Source of the DNA: Malacoraja senta
Lineage: Eukaryota
Direction: 5' to 3'
Length of the DNA: 64,000 bases
Assembly: GCA_038087875.1 (NCBI GenBank)
Contig: CM075989.1
Coordinates: 620,001-684,000 of the forward strand
How positions within the stretch are numbered: position 1 is the first letter of the stretch; the number at the start of each line of letters is the position of its first letter. Below are positions 1 through 11,610 of this stretch, piece by piece. The notes under the pieces were generated by a model that saw only the letters and a list, made by a program, of their open reading frames with translations, was not told the origin of the DNA and made no database searches. The position numbers were made by a program, and so were the translations under genes.

Positions 1-647
1 TGGTTATATGGTTATATGTTACTACTATGGACACATTCTTGAACCGACCTTCACAACTCTAATACTATTTCAGCAGTGGAACACTACAGACCACCTTGTA
101 CTGGCATGGACTTGATTTCTTCTATTCTAATTATGTTTTTGCACTAATTGTCTGTTTTTATTGCAATCTTTCTTTTATAATCTTTTGTGTAATTTATGCA
201 AAATGTGTTTTTTGTGTGTTTCTCCATGTGCCTGTGATCCTGCTGATTTTCACTACTCCTATACCTCACCCTCGGTGTGTATATGACAATAGACTTGAAC
301 TCCTTCCACCTCTTCCCATGTCCCTCATCACCACTTCAGATGCCCCTCTCTCCTCAGTATCTATCTGGTTCCTCACAAATCCATCTCTGTTATTCACCAC
401 AAACCCTTCTAGTGGGAATGAGGTGGCATTTCCTCCACTGGATAGAGGAATTTCTCATGAATTCCCCACTGGATTTATCAGGTCTGTCACAACTGGAGAA
501 CCAGAGACCTCTCCACCATTACAGTGCTCCCTCAAGCCGAGAGGCCCAGTGCAAGGGCACGTTAACAACATCTAAACTGCCAGCTGTGCTGTTCCCTCAC
601 AGGGCAACGTCTGGTGACATTTAACTGAAAGCTTCTCTGTTTATTAG

Positions 648-941
648 ATTTCACAGATAAACCCTCAATATTCCCTGTTGAAACGGTGGAAGGAAAGACT
701 GTGAACGTAACCTGCACCTTCAACACCACATGTGATGGAACAGCTCCCAACTTAACCTGGGTCACCCCCACTGATGAACCACTGTCAGTCTCACACAGTG
801 TAACTCAGTGGGGTGACAGTCTGACATATACTTCTGTTGTGTCCCTGACCCCAGCGCTCCAACATCACGGGCAAAACATAACCTGCAGATTCAGATACTT
901 AACTGTTTCATCGGAGCAGACCCTCACACTGACTGTGCAAT
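648..941 (+). CDS. Siglec/CD22/MAG-like receptor copy 1, C2-type Ig exon
   Basis: ttattag|AT acceptor (an in-frame alternative tcacag| starts at 657). Encodes DFTDKPSIFPVETVEGKTVNVTC...PNLTW...YTSVVSLTPALQHHGQNITCRF...LTLTVQ. Donor T|gtaagt; phase 1-1, typical of Ig exons. Confidence 0.88.
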
Positions 942-1098
942 GTAAGTATGAAGATTATTTATTGTACACAAACAACAATAGTCGGCATTGTACACAGCAT
1001 GATTCCACAGCAGCACTGTAAAACTGGCAGTAATGTCTGTCTTTACCCAAGTAACTCTGGCAAGGACACTTGGGATACTCCTCTCCTGCTTCATGAGA

Positions 1099-1380
1099 CA
1101 CTCCCACTGCACTGCCCCTCCTACTGGGCGACGCTCCCTCAATACTGCCCCTCCCCAGGGTTGATGCTCCCTCAGTATTGCCCCTTACAAAGTGTGGAGC
1201 TCCCACTGTACTGGCCCTCCCAATGTGGTGCTCTCTCAGTACCGCCCCTCCCACAGTGCGGCACTCCCTCAGTACTGCCCACCAGCCAGCACAGCTCTCT
1301 CTCACTAGTGACCCTCCCACAGTGTGGCACACCCTCAACACTGCCCCATTAACAGTACGGAGCTCCCTCAGCACTGCCCC
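1099..1380. repeat. Degenerate 33-bp minisatellite (gcccctcccacagtgcggcactccctcagtact); paralog at about 51684-51965
   Basis: About 8 diverged tandem units visible in the intron. Confidence 0.8.
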
Positions 1381-1540
1381 ATAATATGCTGCATTTTGCC
1401 CTTTCTATCATATAGCAATTTCCTCAGAAGCCTGATCTGTAACAGAAACAAACTTGCACGAATATCTGACGTTTTCCACCAGTGATCTCTAAAGATGCCC
1501 CACAACTGGTGCCCAGGCACTGATCTGTATTTGCTTTTAG

Positions 1541-1822
1541 ATTCCCCACAGAATCTCTCAATCAATTCTTCCGACAAGGTGAACAATTCCTGGGTCAGTA
1601 TAAAGGAAGGGAACTCTACAGCGATCCTCTGCTCTGTCCAGAGTTTCCCAGCGTCTAACCTGACATGGAGACATCTTGGTGTTACACTGAACAGAACAAG
1701 TTCCAACAACGAGCTGTGGTTGGAGTTCCCTCAAGTGACACCGCGCCTCACTGGGGTCTATCAGTGTGTGGCGGAGAATAAACATGGGGCAGCGGAAAGG
1801 ACCGTGACTCTCGCCATAGAAC
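1541..1822 (+). CDS. Siglec-like receptor copy 1, second Ig (C2/I-set) exon
   Basis: ttgcttttag|AT acceptor. Encodes (Y)SPQNLSI...IKEGNSTAILCSVQSFPASNLTW...GVYQCVAENKHG. Donor C|gtgagt; phase 1-1. Confidence 0.9.
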
Positions 1823-1869
1823 GTGAGTGAACACACCGACGTGTCTCTCCAAAGACAAACATAAATTAC

Positions 1870-3450
1870 CTAAGCTGTAATTACCTAAGCTTTTATCAAT
1901 ACATAAGGGAGAAATGGGTAACTAGAGAGAGAGAGGGAGCCATCAGGAATCAAAGTGGTCACCTCTTTGTGGAGCCACAGGAGATGTGAAAGGTCATTAA
2001 TGAGTATTTCTCCTCTGTATATACCGAGGAGAAACACAGGAGGACGGAGGAACTTACGGAAGTCAATGGAAGTGTCTTGAGAGCAGTTCATGTTAAGGTC
2101 GAAGAGGTGCTGAAGATACTGTCGTGTATGAAGGTAGACAAATCTCTAGGGCCTGATCAGATATTTCTGAGGACATCGTGGGAAACTAGAGAGGAATTTG
2201 CCAGAGCCCAGTCTGAAATTTACGAGTCATCTTTAAATACAGGAGTGGTGCCGGAAGACTGGAGGGTGGCAAATGTTGTGCCTCTATTCAACAAGGGCTG
2301 CAGGAAAATGCTGGGAACTATAGGCCAGTGAGCTTAACATCTGTCGTTGGAAAGTTACTCAAGAGTATTCTGAGGGATAGGATATACAGGTATTTGGATG
2401 GACAAAGGCTGATTAGGGGTAGTCAGTATGGGTTTGTACATGGGCGGTCGTGTCTCGGACTGGAGGCCTGTGACTAGTGGTGTGCCTCAGGGTTTGGTGC
2501 TGGGCCCATTACTGTTTGTCATCCACATCAATGATTTGGATGAGAACATACATGGCAATCTTAGCAAGTTTGCTGATGATACAAAAGTGGGTGGTTTTGC
2601 AGATAGTGAAGTTGGTTTTGAAAAATTGCAGCAGGATCTGGATCGATTGGTCAGGTGGGCTGTGAAATGGTAGATGGAATTTAATACAGAAAAATATGAG
2701 GTGTTGTATTTTTGGAAGTCTAACTTGGGCACGACCAAAGTGTTGCTCTGGGGAGTGTTGCAAAGCAGAGGGATATTGGAATGCAGGTGCATGGTTCCTT
2801 GAAGGTTGAGTGGCAGGTAGATACGGTGGTCAAAGTATTGTCAGCGTATTGCGTATAGAAGCTGGGAGGTCATGTTGCAGTTTTATAAGATGTCGGTGAG
2901 ACTGTATTTAGAATATTGTGTTCAGTTCAGGGCACCATGTTATAGAAAAGATGTTGTCAAGCTGGAAAGGGTACAGAGAAGATTTACAAGGATGTTGCTA
3001 GGACTAGAGGGTGTGAGCTATAGGGAGAGGTTGAGTAGGCCGTGCTGTTATGGTTATATGGTTATATGGTTATTCCCTGGAGAGCAGGAGGATGAGGGGT
3101 GATCTTATAGAGGTGTATAAAATCATGAGAGAAATACATCGGGTAGATGGATAGAGTCTCTTACCCAGAGAAGGTGAATCGAGGACCAGAGGACATATGT
3201 TTAAGGTGATAGGGAAAAGATTTAATAGGAACCTAAGAGGTAATTTTTTCACAGAATGATGTGTTTATGGAACAAGCTGCCAGAGAAGATGGTGCAGCTG
3301 GGACTATCCCAACATTTAAGAAAAGGTTTTGCAGGTACAAGGACAGGACAAGTTTGGAGAGATATGGACCAAAAGCAGGCAGGTGGGACAAGTGTAGCTG
3401 GGACATGTTCGGCAGAAGAACTTGTTTCCACACTGTATCACTCAATTAGT
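1870..3450 (+). mobile_element. Degraded CR1 LINE ORF2 fragment in intron
   Basis: VPEDWRVANVVPLF, VTSGVPQGLVLGPLLF, SKFADDTK, LEYCVQF motifs with stops and frameshifts. Confidence 0.9.
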
Positions 3451-4006
3451 CTGTGGCTCTATGTTTCATTGCTGCCACTGATTGCAATGGTTATAGAATG
3501 CACAGAACAAATTACTGAAAGATATACAAAAAAGTAACGATAATAAAGAAAACAGGCCATTGTTACCTGTGTGCTAGGTGAGAACGATTACAGACATTAC
3601 TTAGAGTCATAGAGTGATACAGTGTGGAACAGGCCCTTCGGCCCAACCCGCCCAAACCGGCCAATAATGTCCCAGCTACACTCGTCCCACTTGCCTGCTC
3701 TTGGTCCATATCCCTCCTAACCTAATACATTAATCCTGAACAATCCTGCCATAAACTAGCGTGGTCCCGGTTTTGCAACCTACTTCATTGTGGATCTTGG
3801 ATTTGCTTTCTCTAGAACTTTAATGCTATAACTGAAACACTATATTCTGAAATTTGTTATTTTTCTCTTTTCAACAACTGCTGTACTTGTGTACAGTTGA
3901 ACACAGTGGGCTGCTGAAGGCTACTGTGGACGAGAGGTAGGTCTTTGTGAGAACAAGTTAATGAAACTGTGAACACCGTCACTAATAACCATCTCTTTGG
4001 CCTCAG

Positions 4007-4130
4007 TTCCTGCAACAGATGGGCAGAGGTTACCAGTCATCCCATTGGCTGCTGCAGCAGGGGTTGTGTTCCTGATCATCCTATCGACTGTGATTTGCTG
4101 CATTCTCAAATCGCGATGGAGAACAGACAG
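4007..4130 (+). CDS. Siglec-like receptor copy 1, transmembrane exon
   Basis: cctcag| acceptor (in-frame alternative at 4019). Hydrophobic VIPLAAAAGVVFLIILSTVICCIL followed by basic KSRWR. Donor AG|gtgggt, phase 2. Confidence 0.82.
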
Positions 4131-4695
4131 GTGGGTGGTTGTCCCCGTCCCTGAGATCCCCTCCATCCCTCCAACCCAATTCCAGCTGTTCAGTTCGTTC
4201 ACGTTTATTTTCATACAGAGACACAGGGACATTTAAAAATCTTGCTTGCAACAACATCATAGAGAAACATACAAAAACAAATTATACTTATAATATTTGA
4301 AAAGAAAATATCTCCATAAATGCTGCCTCACCCGCAGAATTCCTCCAGCATTTTTGTCTACCTTTGATTTTTCCAGCATCTACCGTTTCTTTCTTTAACA
4401 TGCAAAAATAATATATCATTGCAAAAACATAAATGAAAAATAAAATAAAACTATTCCATGGTCGTGCATGAGGTGGTCCGTAGTGTTCTGTTGTTGACGT
4501 AGGATGAGGGTTGTGCAGGTCGGTTGATTCAAGAGTGTTTAATTGCCACATGTACCAGCAATGAAAGGCTTATCTGCTGCTGCTTTACAGTCCCTTTAAC
4601 AAAATAACGCAAATGCGTATATAGTCAATAATTTTCTCCCCGACAAGGACATTTCTGATACTGTGGGTTAACAAAGTCTTTATTTCGGCTCTTAG

Positions 4696-4825
4696 ACCTC
4701 CAGTGGATGCATCGAGAACAGTGACAAGGGAGGAATCTGGAACCGTGCAGATGAGAGAGAGACAGATGAGAGAGAGGCAGGAGGAACGTTATAAAATGCA
4801 CCACACACGGTCTGAAACAACCCAG
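4696..4825 (+). CDS. Siglec-like receptor copy 1, cytoplasmic exon 1
   Basis: ctcttag|A acceptor is phase-2 compatible with the TM exon. Open frame RPPVDASRTVTREESGTVQMRERQMRERQEERYKMHHTRSETTQ; donor CAG|gtaata, phase 0. Confidence 0.65.
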
Positions 4826-4958
4826 GTAATAACCATCCTGAGTGATGCCTGTCACAGTTACTGTATTCCTTTCTCACTGGACAAACACAGGTCACTGAGA
4901 TTAAAGCAAGGTGGATACTGGTACAACACCGCTCCACTTTTCCTGACCCAGCTCCAGT

Positions 4959-5285
4959 GGCCACGGTGGCGCAGCGGCAGAGTTGCTGCTTTACAGTGCT
5001 TGCAGCACCAGAGACTCAGGTTCGATCCTGACTTTGGGTGCTGTCTGTGTGGAGTTTTTATGTTCTCCCCGTGACTATGTGGGTTTTCTCCGAGATCTTC
5101 GGTTTCCTTCCACACTCCAAAGACGTACAGGTTTGTAGGTTAATTGTCTTGGTGTAAATGTAAATAGTCTCTAATTTGTGTAGTGTCTCTTGTGTTAATT
5201 AGTGGGGATCACTGGTCAGTGCGGACTCGTTGGACAGAAGGGCATGTTTCCGTGCTAAAACTAAAACTGAAAACTAAATTAAACT
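4959..5285 (+). mobile_element. tRNA-derived V-SINE (HE1-like)
   Basis: A box ggtggcgcagcgg, B box ggttcgatcc, V-domain-like core (tgtggagttt...tgttctccccgtg...gggttttctcc...ggtttcc), (actaaa)n tail. Confidence 0.8.
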
Positions 5286-8200
5286 ATTTTACTTCGGAGT
5301 CACGTGGAGGGATTACGTGAAGACCCCGTCCAGCACGCATGCGCGACATTAGCGTTCACGCAGTGCAACAGCGACGACCGGGAGTACAGGCGCTCCCGCT
5401 ACACGTCGGTGAAAACTAAACAGCGGACCATCAGGTAAGTCTTACACTGAGGTCGTAATCCGCAAGCTGTGCTCTGCTCTCTATTCCAGAGGAACTGGGA
5501 ACAGGAGCAGCACGGCAAAGGAAGAAAACCGCCCCCCGTTCGACTCCAACAGAACGGGAGTGTTCCATCAGTGGGGGGCGAGAGGCGGCACCTGGACCGC
5601 ATATGCTGCGGTCCACCCTCATCGAGACCGAGCCGAGCCCAGTCCCGCTAGCGCAGCCTGATGAGCGGCAGCGGGCTGGAAGAAAAGTTTAAACAAACAA
5701 ACAAACAAACAAACCGGCCGGTTATGTCTGACTCCGATGAGGAGGGTCCGCCTTAGAGCGGCAGAGCTAGCCGCCTGAGCCGAATGAAAAGGCTCATGGA
5801 GCAACTGCTCCAGCGAGACTTGCTTCAGGAGCTACAGCAGTCTCGCCAGGGGGATCAGGCACTCCCACAGCAGTGCTCTATAAATGCACTGGCCATCGCT
5901 TTCCCCTCAAAGCAGGGCAGCGTTGGCGACCAGGGCTGGGCTGGTCAGGAAGAGGGGTCATTGGCTGAAGATGTCGGGAGTACGCTTGGGGTACAGGATC
6001 AGGAAGAGCTGCTGGGTGTGGAGATCCGCTACGTGGTTTCACCACGAGCAGGGCGGCCATTGGAGCCAAAACTGGCGGCCAGCATCAACCACCTGTCCCT
6101 CAAACCCCTACAAGACAGGTACTTAATGAGGCACTAGAGCTGGAAAACTGCAGTTCGCTCAATGTACCGGCTGTTAACAGCCAAATCTGGGGGGGGGGGG
6201 GGACAGAGTATCCGGAACCAGGAGCTAAAATCCTCAAGCTCCTGACGACAGGGATAACAGCCTATGCTCGTTCCGTGGATGGGGTGGATATGACCACAAA
6301 CCAGCAAGACACTCTGGCTCTGCTGTGCTACACCCAATATGAGATAAATAACCTCCGCAAGGAGAGAATAAGACCTGCCCTCAATCCCAGGTTTGCAGGA
6401 CTGTGTAAAACACCGGCCTCAGAGCCGCAGATCCTGTTATTAGGAAGGACAAGTGAAAGACCTGGAGGAGGAGTCCAAAGCATTTGGCCTCATGAGGGCA
6501 GGCCCCGGAACGAGCAGACCCACACAAAAAACCAGACGGCAGTACCCCACCGCGTCCACCAGTCAAGGTCAAATTTATGTCACTGGTGAAAGCTCGGGGT
6601 CCGCATACTATCCCCGAAAGCCTTTTTAGGCCAGGGCCCAGAGCGGACCCCATGGAAAATGCGCCACCCCCAATCAGCAGTACATCAACAGTACATCCAG
6701 CAGTATAACGACCGATGAACAAACGGAAGAAAGGAACACTACCATAACCATGGAGGTAGGTGGGTTTGGTTCCTACCAGCATGTAAATGGGGAACTGTAC
6801 TAACAGGAGGTGTCTCACGAATGATAGTTATATACTTAACAGTATTCGGGGATACAAAATAGAGTTCATTCACGAAAACATGCCACCAGTTCAGCACGTA
6901 CCCAAAGGGTCTTTACCCTCTCAGTCAAAGAGAACTAGAGGCTCAAGCAGAACTGGTGAGGTTACTTACAAAGGGTGTCATTGAGAAATCCAAACATGAT
7001 CCTTTGGAATTTGTCTCAAATATATTTACCAAAAGTAAAAAAGATGGTGGATGTCGCATCATCATTGACTTAACCTCACTAAATACCTTTGTTAAGTATG
7101 TACATTTCAAAATGAAAACATTTGTAACTGCTAAACAACTGATTGCCAAAGGATACTTTATGGCAAGCATTGATCTAAAAGATGCCTACTATTCAGTACC
7201 CATTCACAAGGGTCATCGCAGATACCTGAAAATTTACCTGGATGGGGCAACTATGGCAGTATAAAGTATTGCCTAATGGGTTGACATCAGCCTTAGACTA
7301 TTTACCAAGATATTAAAACCAGCCTTGGCAACATTAGCGAAACAAAGACATATTGTCATGGCGTATCTTGATGATATCCTAATAGTTGGCAAAACCATGG
7401 AGTTGGCTAAATCAGCTGTATTAGCTACCAAATAATAGTTTGAAACCCTGGGTTTGTCATACATCCAGATAAATCTAAGTTGACGCCATCCACAACTATG
7501 GACTATCTGGGATTCAATTAACTCAATCCACATGTCTGTAACGTTGCCAAAAGGTAAAGCAGCAGAATTGGCACAGATGTGCAACAATTTAATGGTAAGC
7601 AATCGACCAACCATCCCACAAGTGGCAAGAGTAATTGGCAAAATGGTAGCAGCATTTTCAGCTACACAATTTGGACTCCTGCACTATCAGCACCGACAAA
7701 GGGCAAAAGTACAGGCGTTGAAACGACATGCAGGTCACTTTGACAGATCCATGAAACTACCCATTGAAGCAATATCAGAGTTACAATGGTGCATATAACA
7801 CATTTGGCATAGTTCCAGCCCTATCATCATCAATAACCCAACGTTAACTATACAAACAGATGCCAGTGCTCAAGGCTGGGGAGCAACTAATACCATATCC
7901 AGCACAGGTGGTAGATGGACTAACCTAGACTCGTCTTTACTACAAACACTGGGCATAAATTATTTGGAAATGTTGGGTGCGTTTTATGGTTTTAAAGCAT
8001 ATTCTAGGAATATGCACAACTTGCATGTTCATTTACAAATTGATAAATATCACGGTGGTGGCCTATATTAACCATATGGCCGGAATAAAATCGATATCAT
8101 GTGACAATTGGGTCAACACAATCTGGTAATGGTGGGTCGATAGACATATTTGGCTATCAGCAACTTACCTACCAGGTAAGCTAAATACAGTGCCAGGTCA

Positions 8201-10119
8201 TGCAAATTCAATGATAAACACCAAATGGATGTTAAATCCTAGAGCTTTGCTAAAATTACAAACCAATATGGCACACCAGATATCGATCTCTTTGCATCCA
8301 GACTAAATCACCACGTACCAATGTATGTCCCTTGGGAACCACACCCTGAGGCAGCAGCGATAGATGCATTCGCGCTGAACTGGGGGACAGATTTCTTCTA
8401 TGCTTTTTCCCCTTCTGCCTTAATCTGTAGGGTACTACGCAAAATACAGATGGACTCTGCTTCAGGTATTTTGATAGTACCAACTGGCCTACACAGCCAT
8501 GATTCCCAGTGGTCCTCGACATGGTCATCGACACTCCTATGACCTTTCCCAGTAGCCCAGACCTATTGACGCACCCTGTATCAGGCATAAGTCATCCATG
8601 CCATGCCAAAATTAACCTACTGGGTTGCAGATTATCAAAAGACCACTGCTGGGACTGGGATTGTCTGACAGGACCATCAACATGATGACACCGTATGTCC
8701 ACCAGGAAACAATACCTATCGAGCATCAGGAAGTGGGAAAGATACTGCTCGACTACTGGGACAACGTACTCATCTGCAACCATAACCAATGTACTGGAGT
8801 TCCTGGGGAGCCTTCACCATAATGAAGGATTGAGCTACAGCGCCATCAATACTGCCAGACGTGCGCTGTCAGCCTACTTAAAACAGGTGCCAGGACAACA
8901 GGCCATAGGGTCTCACCCGCTGGTGATCAAACTCATGAGGAGTATCGTCAACTCCAACCCTCTTAGACCTAGGTATACACAAATCTGGGATGTCAGTGTG
9001 GTCCTGACATACCTAAGGGGATGGTCCCCAGCCAGGTCTCTCACCCTGGAAAAGCTAACCCTGAAAACGGTCATGCTGATGCTACTAGTCTCAGCACAAA
9101 GAGTCCAGTCCCTCCACTTACTGCGACTGGACAACATGGTTATAACACCAGACCGGGTCTCATTCACCATTCAGGAGCTGCTAAAGCAGAGCAAGCCAGG
9201 AACTTGAGTCCTAGTTATGGATTTCCGGGCATACCCACCTGACCTACGGTTGTGTGTCATGACTCACTTATTAACTTACATCAACACAACAAGAGATTCT
9301 CGAGGGAGAAGGGAAAAAAAAAATATATATATATATAAATAAATAAATAAATAAATAAATTAAAAAGCCTTATGGGTCAGCCACAAGAAACCTCAAGGTT
9401 GGGTGTCGAGCCAAACCATCTCGAGATGGCTCAAGCAGGTACTGGGAGCTGCTGGAGTAGATACTGATGTATATACATCTCACTCCACCAGGGCAGCATC
9501 CACATCGGCGGCTAAAAGAATGAACATGGAGAAAACGTTCCAAACGTTCTACCACAAGCCGCTAGCAGAACCTGTGTTATTTGCAGAAAGAGTTTTAAAA
9601 TCTGCAAAATTATATAATTTAAGCCCGGGGGAGCATTTTGTCTTTTGTTATTGTTTAATAGATACCATTATTGTTTACAAACAGATTATGGTTGATTACG
9701 ATAACATACTTCCTCCCTTGAATGACTTCGGCAGCGAGTGAAGTATGAACTGTTACACGGTTTGAAATCACAGAGCTTTGAAGTCTTCACGAAGTCACTC
9801 ACGTGACTCCGAAGTAAAATAGTAAGATTAAACGAGAACTTACCAGTTTGAAGTTTGATCTGTATTTTATGAGGAGTTACGATGAGGGATTACGTGCCCT
9901 CCGCTCCCACCCTCAAATATATAGATCAACAGGTATCTTAGTTCTCCTTTTCTTTACTATGTTTATTTCAATTATTGTGTTTCCTGTGATTCCACACCGC
10001 TGCTTTGAAGAATGTCGCGCATGCGTGCTGGACGGGGTCTTCACGTAATCCCTCATCGTAACTCCTCATAAAATACAGATCAAACTTCAAACTGGTAAGT
10101 TCTCGTTTAATCTTACTAT
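5283..10119 (+). mobile_element. DIRS1-like tyrosine-recombinase retrotransposon, full termini, disrupted ORFs
   Basis: ITRs at 5307-5350 and 10011-10054; internal complementary region 9800-9896. RT DLKDAYYSVP and AYLDDILI, RNase H IQTDASAQGWG, MTase-like DIDLFASRLN...DAFALNW, YR SAQRVQSL and HSTRAAS. Confidence 0.93.
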
Positions 10120-10149
10120 CAAACCCAACACAGCTTGGGATCTGCAGCC

Positions 10150-10330
10150 CCTCCAGCCGTGTGACATTCCCTCAGCAATGCCCCACTACACAGACGGTCT
10201 CTCAGTACTGCCTGCGAGCGTCTGCCTTGGTTTCTGTGTTAAAGACACAGCAGGAGGGTCTTGAACCCAGAACCACCTCTCGGAGAGGTGGGAGTGTACT
10301 CCCCTGTGATCCCACCTGTCACCCTGAGAC
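10150..10330 (-). mobile_element. Deu-SINE/SacSINE-like relic
   Basis: ctcagtactg...cttgaacccagaacc...agaggtgggagtg resembles the reverse strand of a tRNA head plus Deu domain, from memory of the consensus. Confidence 0.45.
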
Positions 10331-10374
10331 TGAAATCATACAATCAAACCCACTATTGATCAATGATTATCGGC

Positions 10375-10928
10375 ATTTATTTAGTTTAGTTTAGTTTAGA
10401 GATACAGCGCAGAAACAGGCCCTTCGGCCCACCATGCCGACCAGCACCCATATAGAAACATAGAAACATAGAAACAAAGAAAATAGATGCAGGAGTAGGC
10501 CATTCGGCCCATTGAGCCGGCACCGCCATTCAATATGATCATGGCTGATCATCCAACTCGGTATCCTGTAGCTGCCTTCTCTCCATACCCCCTGACCCCT
10601 TTAGCCACAAGGGCCACATCTAATTCCCTCTTAAATATAGCCAATGAACTGGCTTCAACTACCTTCTGTGGCAGAGAATTCCAGAGATTCACCACTCTCT
10701 GTGTGAATTTTACTAGAACTGTCCTGCACACTAGGGACAATTTATAGAAGCCGTTTAACCTGCAAACCTGCATGACTTTGGAGCGTGGGAGGAAACTGGA
10801 GCACCCAGAAAAACCCCACAAAGGTCATAGGGAGAATGCACAAACTCCGTAGACAACATGCGCAGTCAGGATTGAACCTGGGACTCTAGCGTTGTAAAGC
10901 AGCAACTCTACCGCTGCACCACTGTGCC
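10375..10928 (-). mobile_element. V-SINE (HE1-like) interrupted by a CR1 3' end (about 10451-10705)
   Basis: (tttag)n tail; reverse-complement B box (ggattgaacc) and A box (accgctgcaccac). Insert carries a (catagaaa)n tail and NLWNSLPQKVVEA on the - strand. Confidence 0.78.
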
Positions 10929-11019
10929 ACCTATTGTGGGTGGAGTATTCTCCAGACCCTTACTTAGCAATTGCCAGTGCTGCCATTTGTCACTCTGTCT
11001 ATTTCCATTCCTGTCACAG

Positions 11020-11124
11020 GACAAAGGTATGAAGGACCCCAAAACCACGCTGAACATGAATCCAATTTATGAAGATATTTATGCAAACTGCTTGGTGGAA
11101 GATTCCATATATGCAAATGTATAA
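11020..11124 (+). CDS. Siglec-like receptor copy 1, terminal exon with ITIM-type motif
   Basis: Pyrimidine tract then ctgtcacag|GAC, phase 0. Encodes DKGMKDPKTTLNMNPIYEDIYANCLVEDSIYANV*; SIYANV fits the [ILVS]xYxx[ILV] consensus. Confidence 0.8.
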   Translation, partial: DKGMKDPKTTLNMNPIYEDIYANCLVEDSIYANV

Positions 11125-11489
11125 TTGGATCAGGAACAGGAAACGCATGCTCTGGGAATGGCACAGGAAAGGACTGCTTGGAATTCCAACATCTTCAGAG
11201 AAACCACCCGAATTAGCGGCACGAATGAATCCCCAGAATCTCCATACACCCATCTCCCATTCCTATGTCCCATATTTCCCTTTTATCCCCTCTTGCCTCT
11301 CTCCCTGTCCTCTTCCACCCATATCCCTCCCTCTGGCTTGACATTTCACTCCTCCTCCTCTCCTTATCTGACACCTTTTTATTTCACCCTCAGCCTTTGT
11401 GACTTACTCCACCCATTTGCCAATCGTCCCCCTCCCCTGTGCCCCATCCCTTGTCCCAACCCAGCATTCTTTTTCCCACCAAATCCATC

Positions 11490-11610
11490 AGTCTGAAGAA
11501 GGGTCCCGACCCAAAACATTGACTGTCCATTCCCTCCAGAGATGCTGCCTGACCCGCTGAGCTATTTCAGCACATTATTATTGCTTCAGTTTTCAGTATC
11601 TTCAGTTTCT
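11490..11610 (+). mobile_element. Penelope-associated terminal repeat with degenerate hammerhead motif
   Basis: ctgaagaa-gggtc-cc-gaccc-aaaac followed by gatgctgcctgacccgctgag. Related copies at about 4310-4385, 29695-29780, 32787-32870, 44272-44331, 46309-46492 and 47430-47485. Confidence 0.6.

Noticed and set aside
96..624. Hydrophobic 159-aa and 115-aa ORFs (also 50683-51211)
   Set aside because: T-rich LINE tail and intron sequence; the paralog has a stop within the longer frame.
948..1384. Pro/Cys-rich ORFs
   Set aside because: By-products of the 33-bp minisatellite in an intron.
4959..5035. tRNA gene
   Set aside because: A and B boxes continue into a SINE body and tail; no convincing cloverleaf.
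8625..9620. Phage integrase or bacterial contamination
   Set aside because: The tyrosine recombinase and MTase motifs are embedded in a DIRS element with RT, RNase H, ITRs and ICR.
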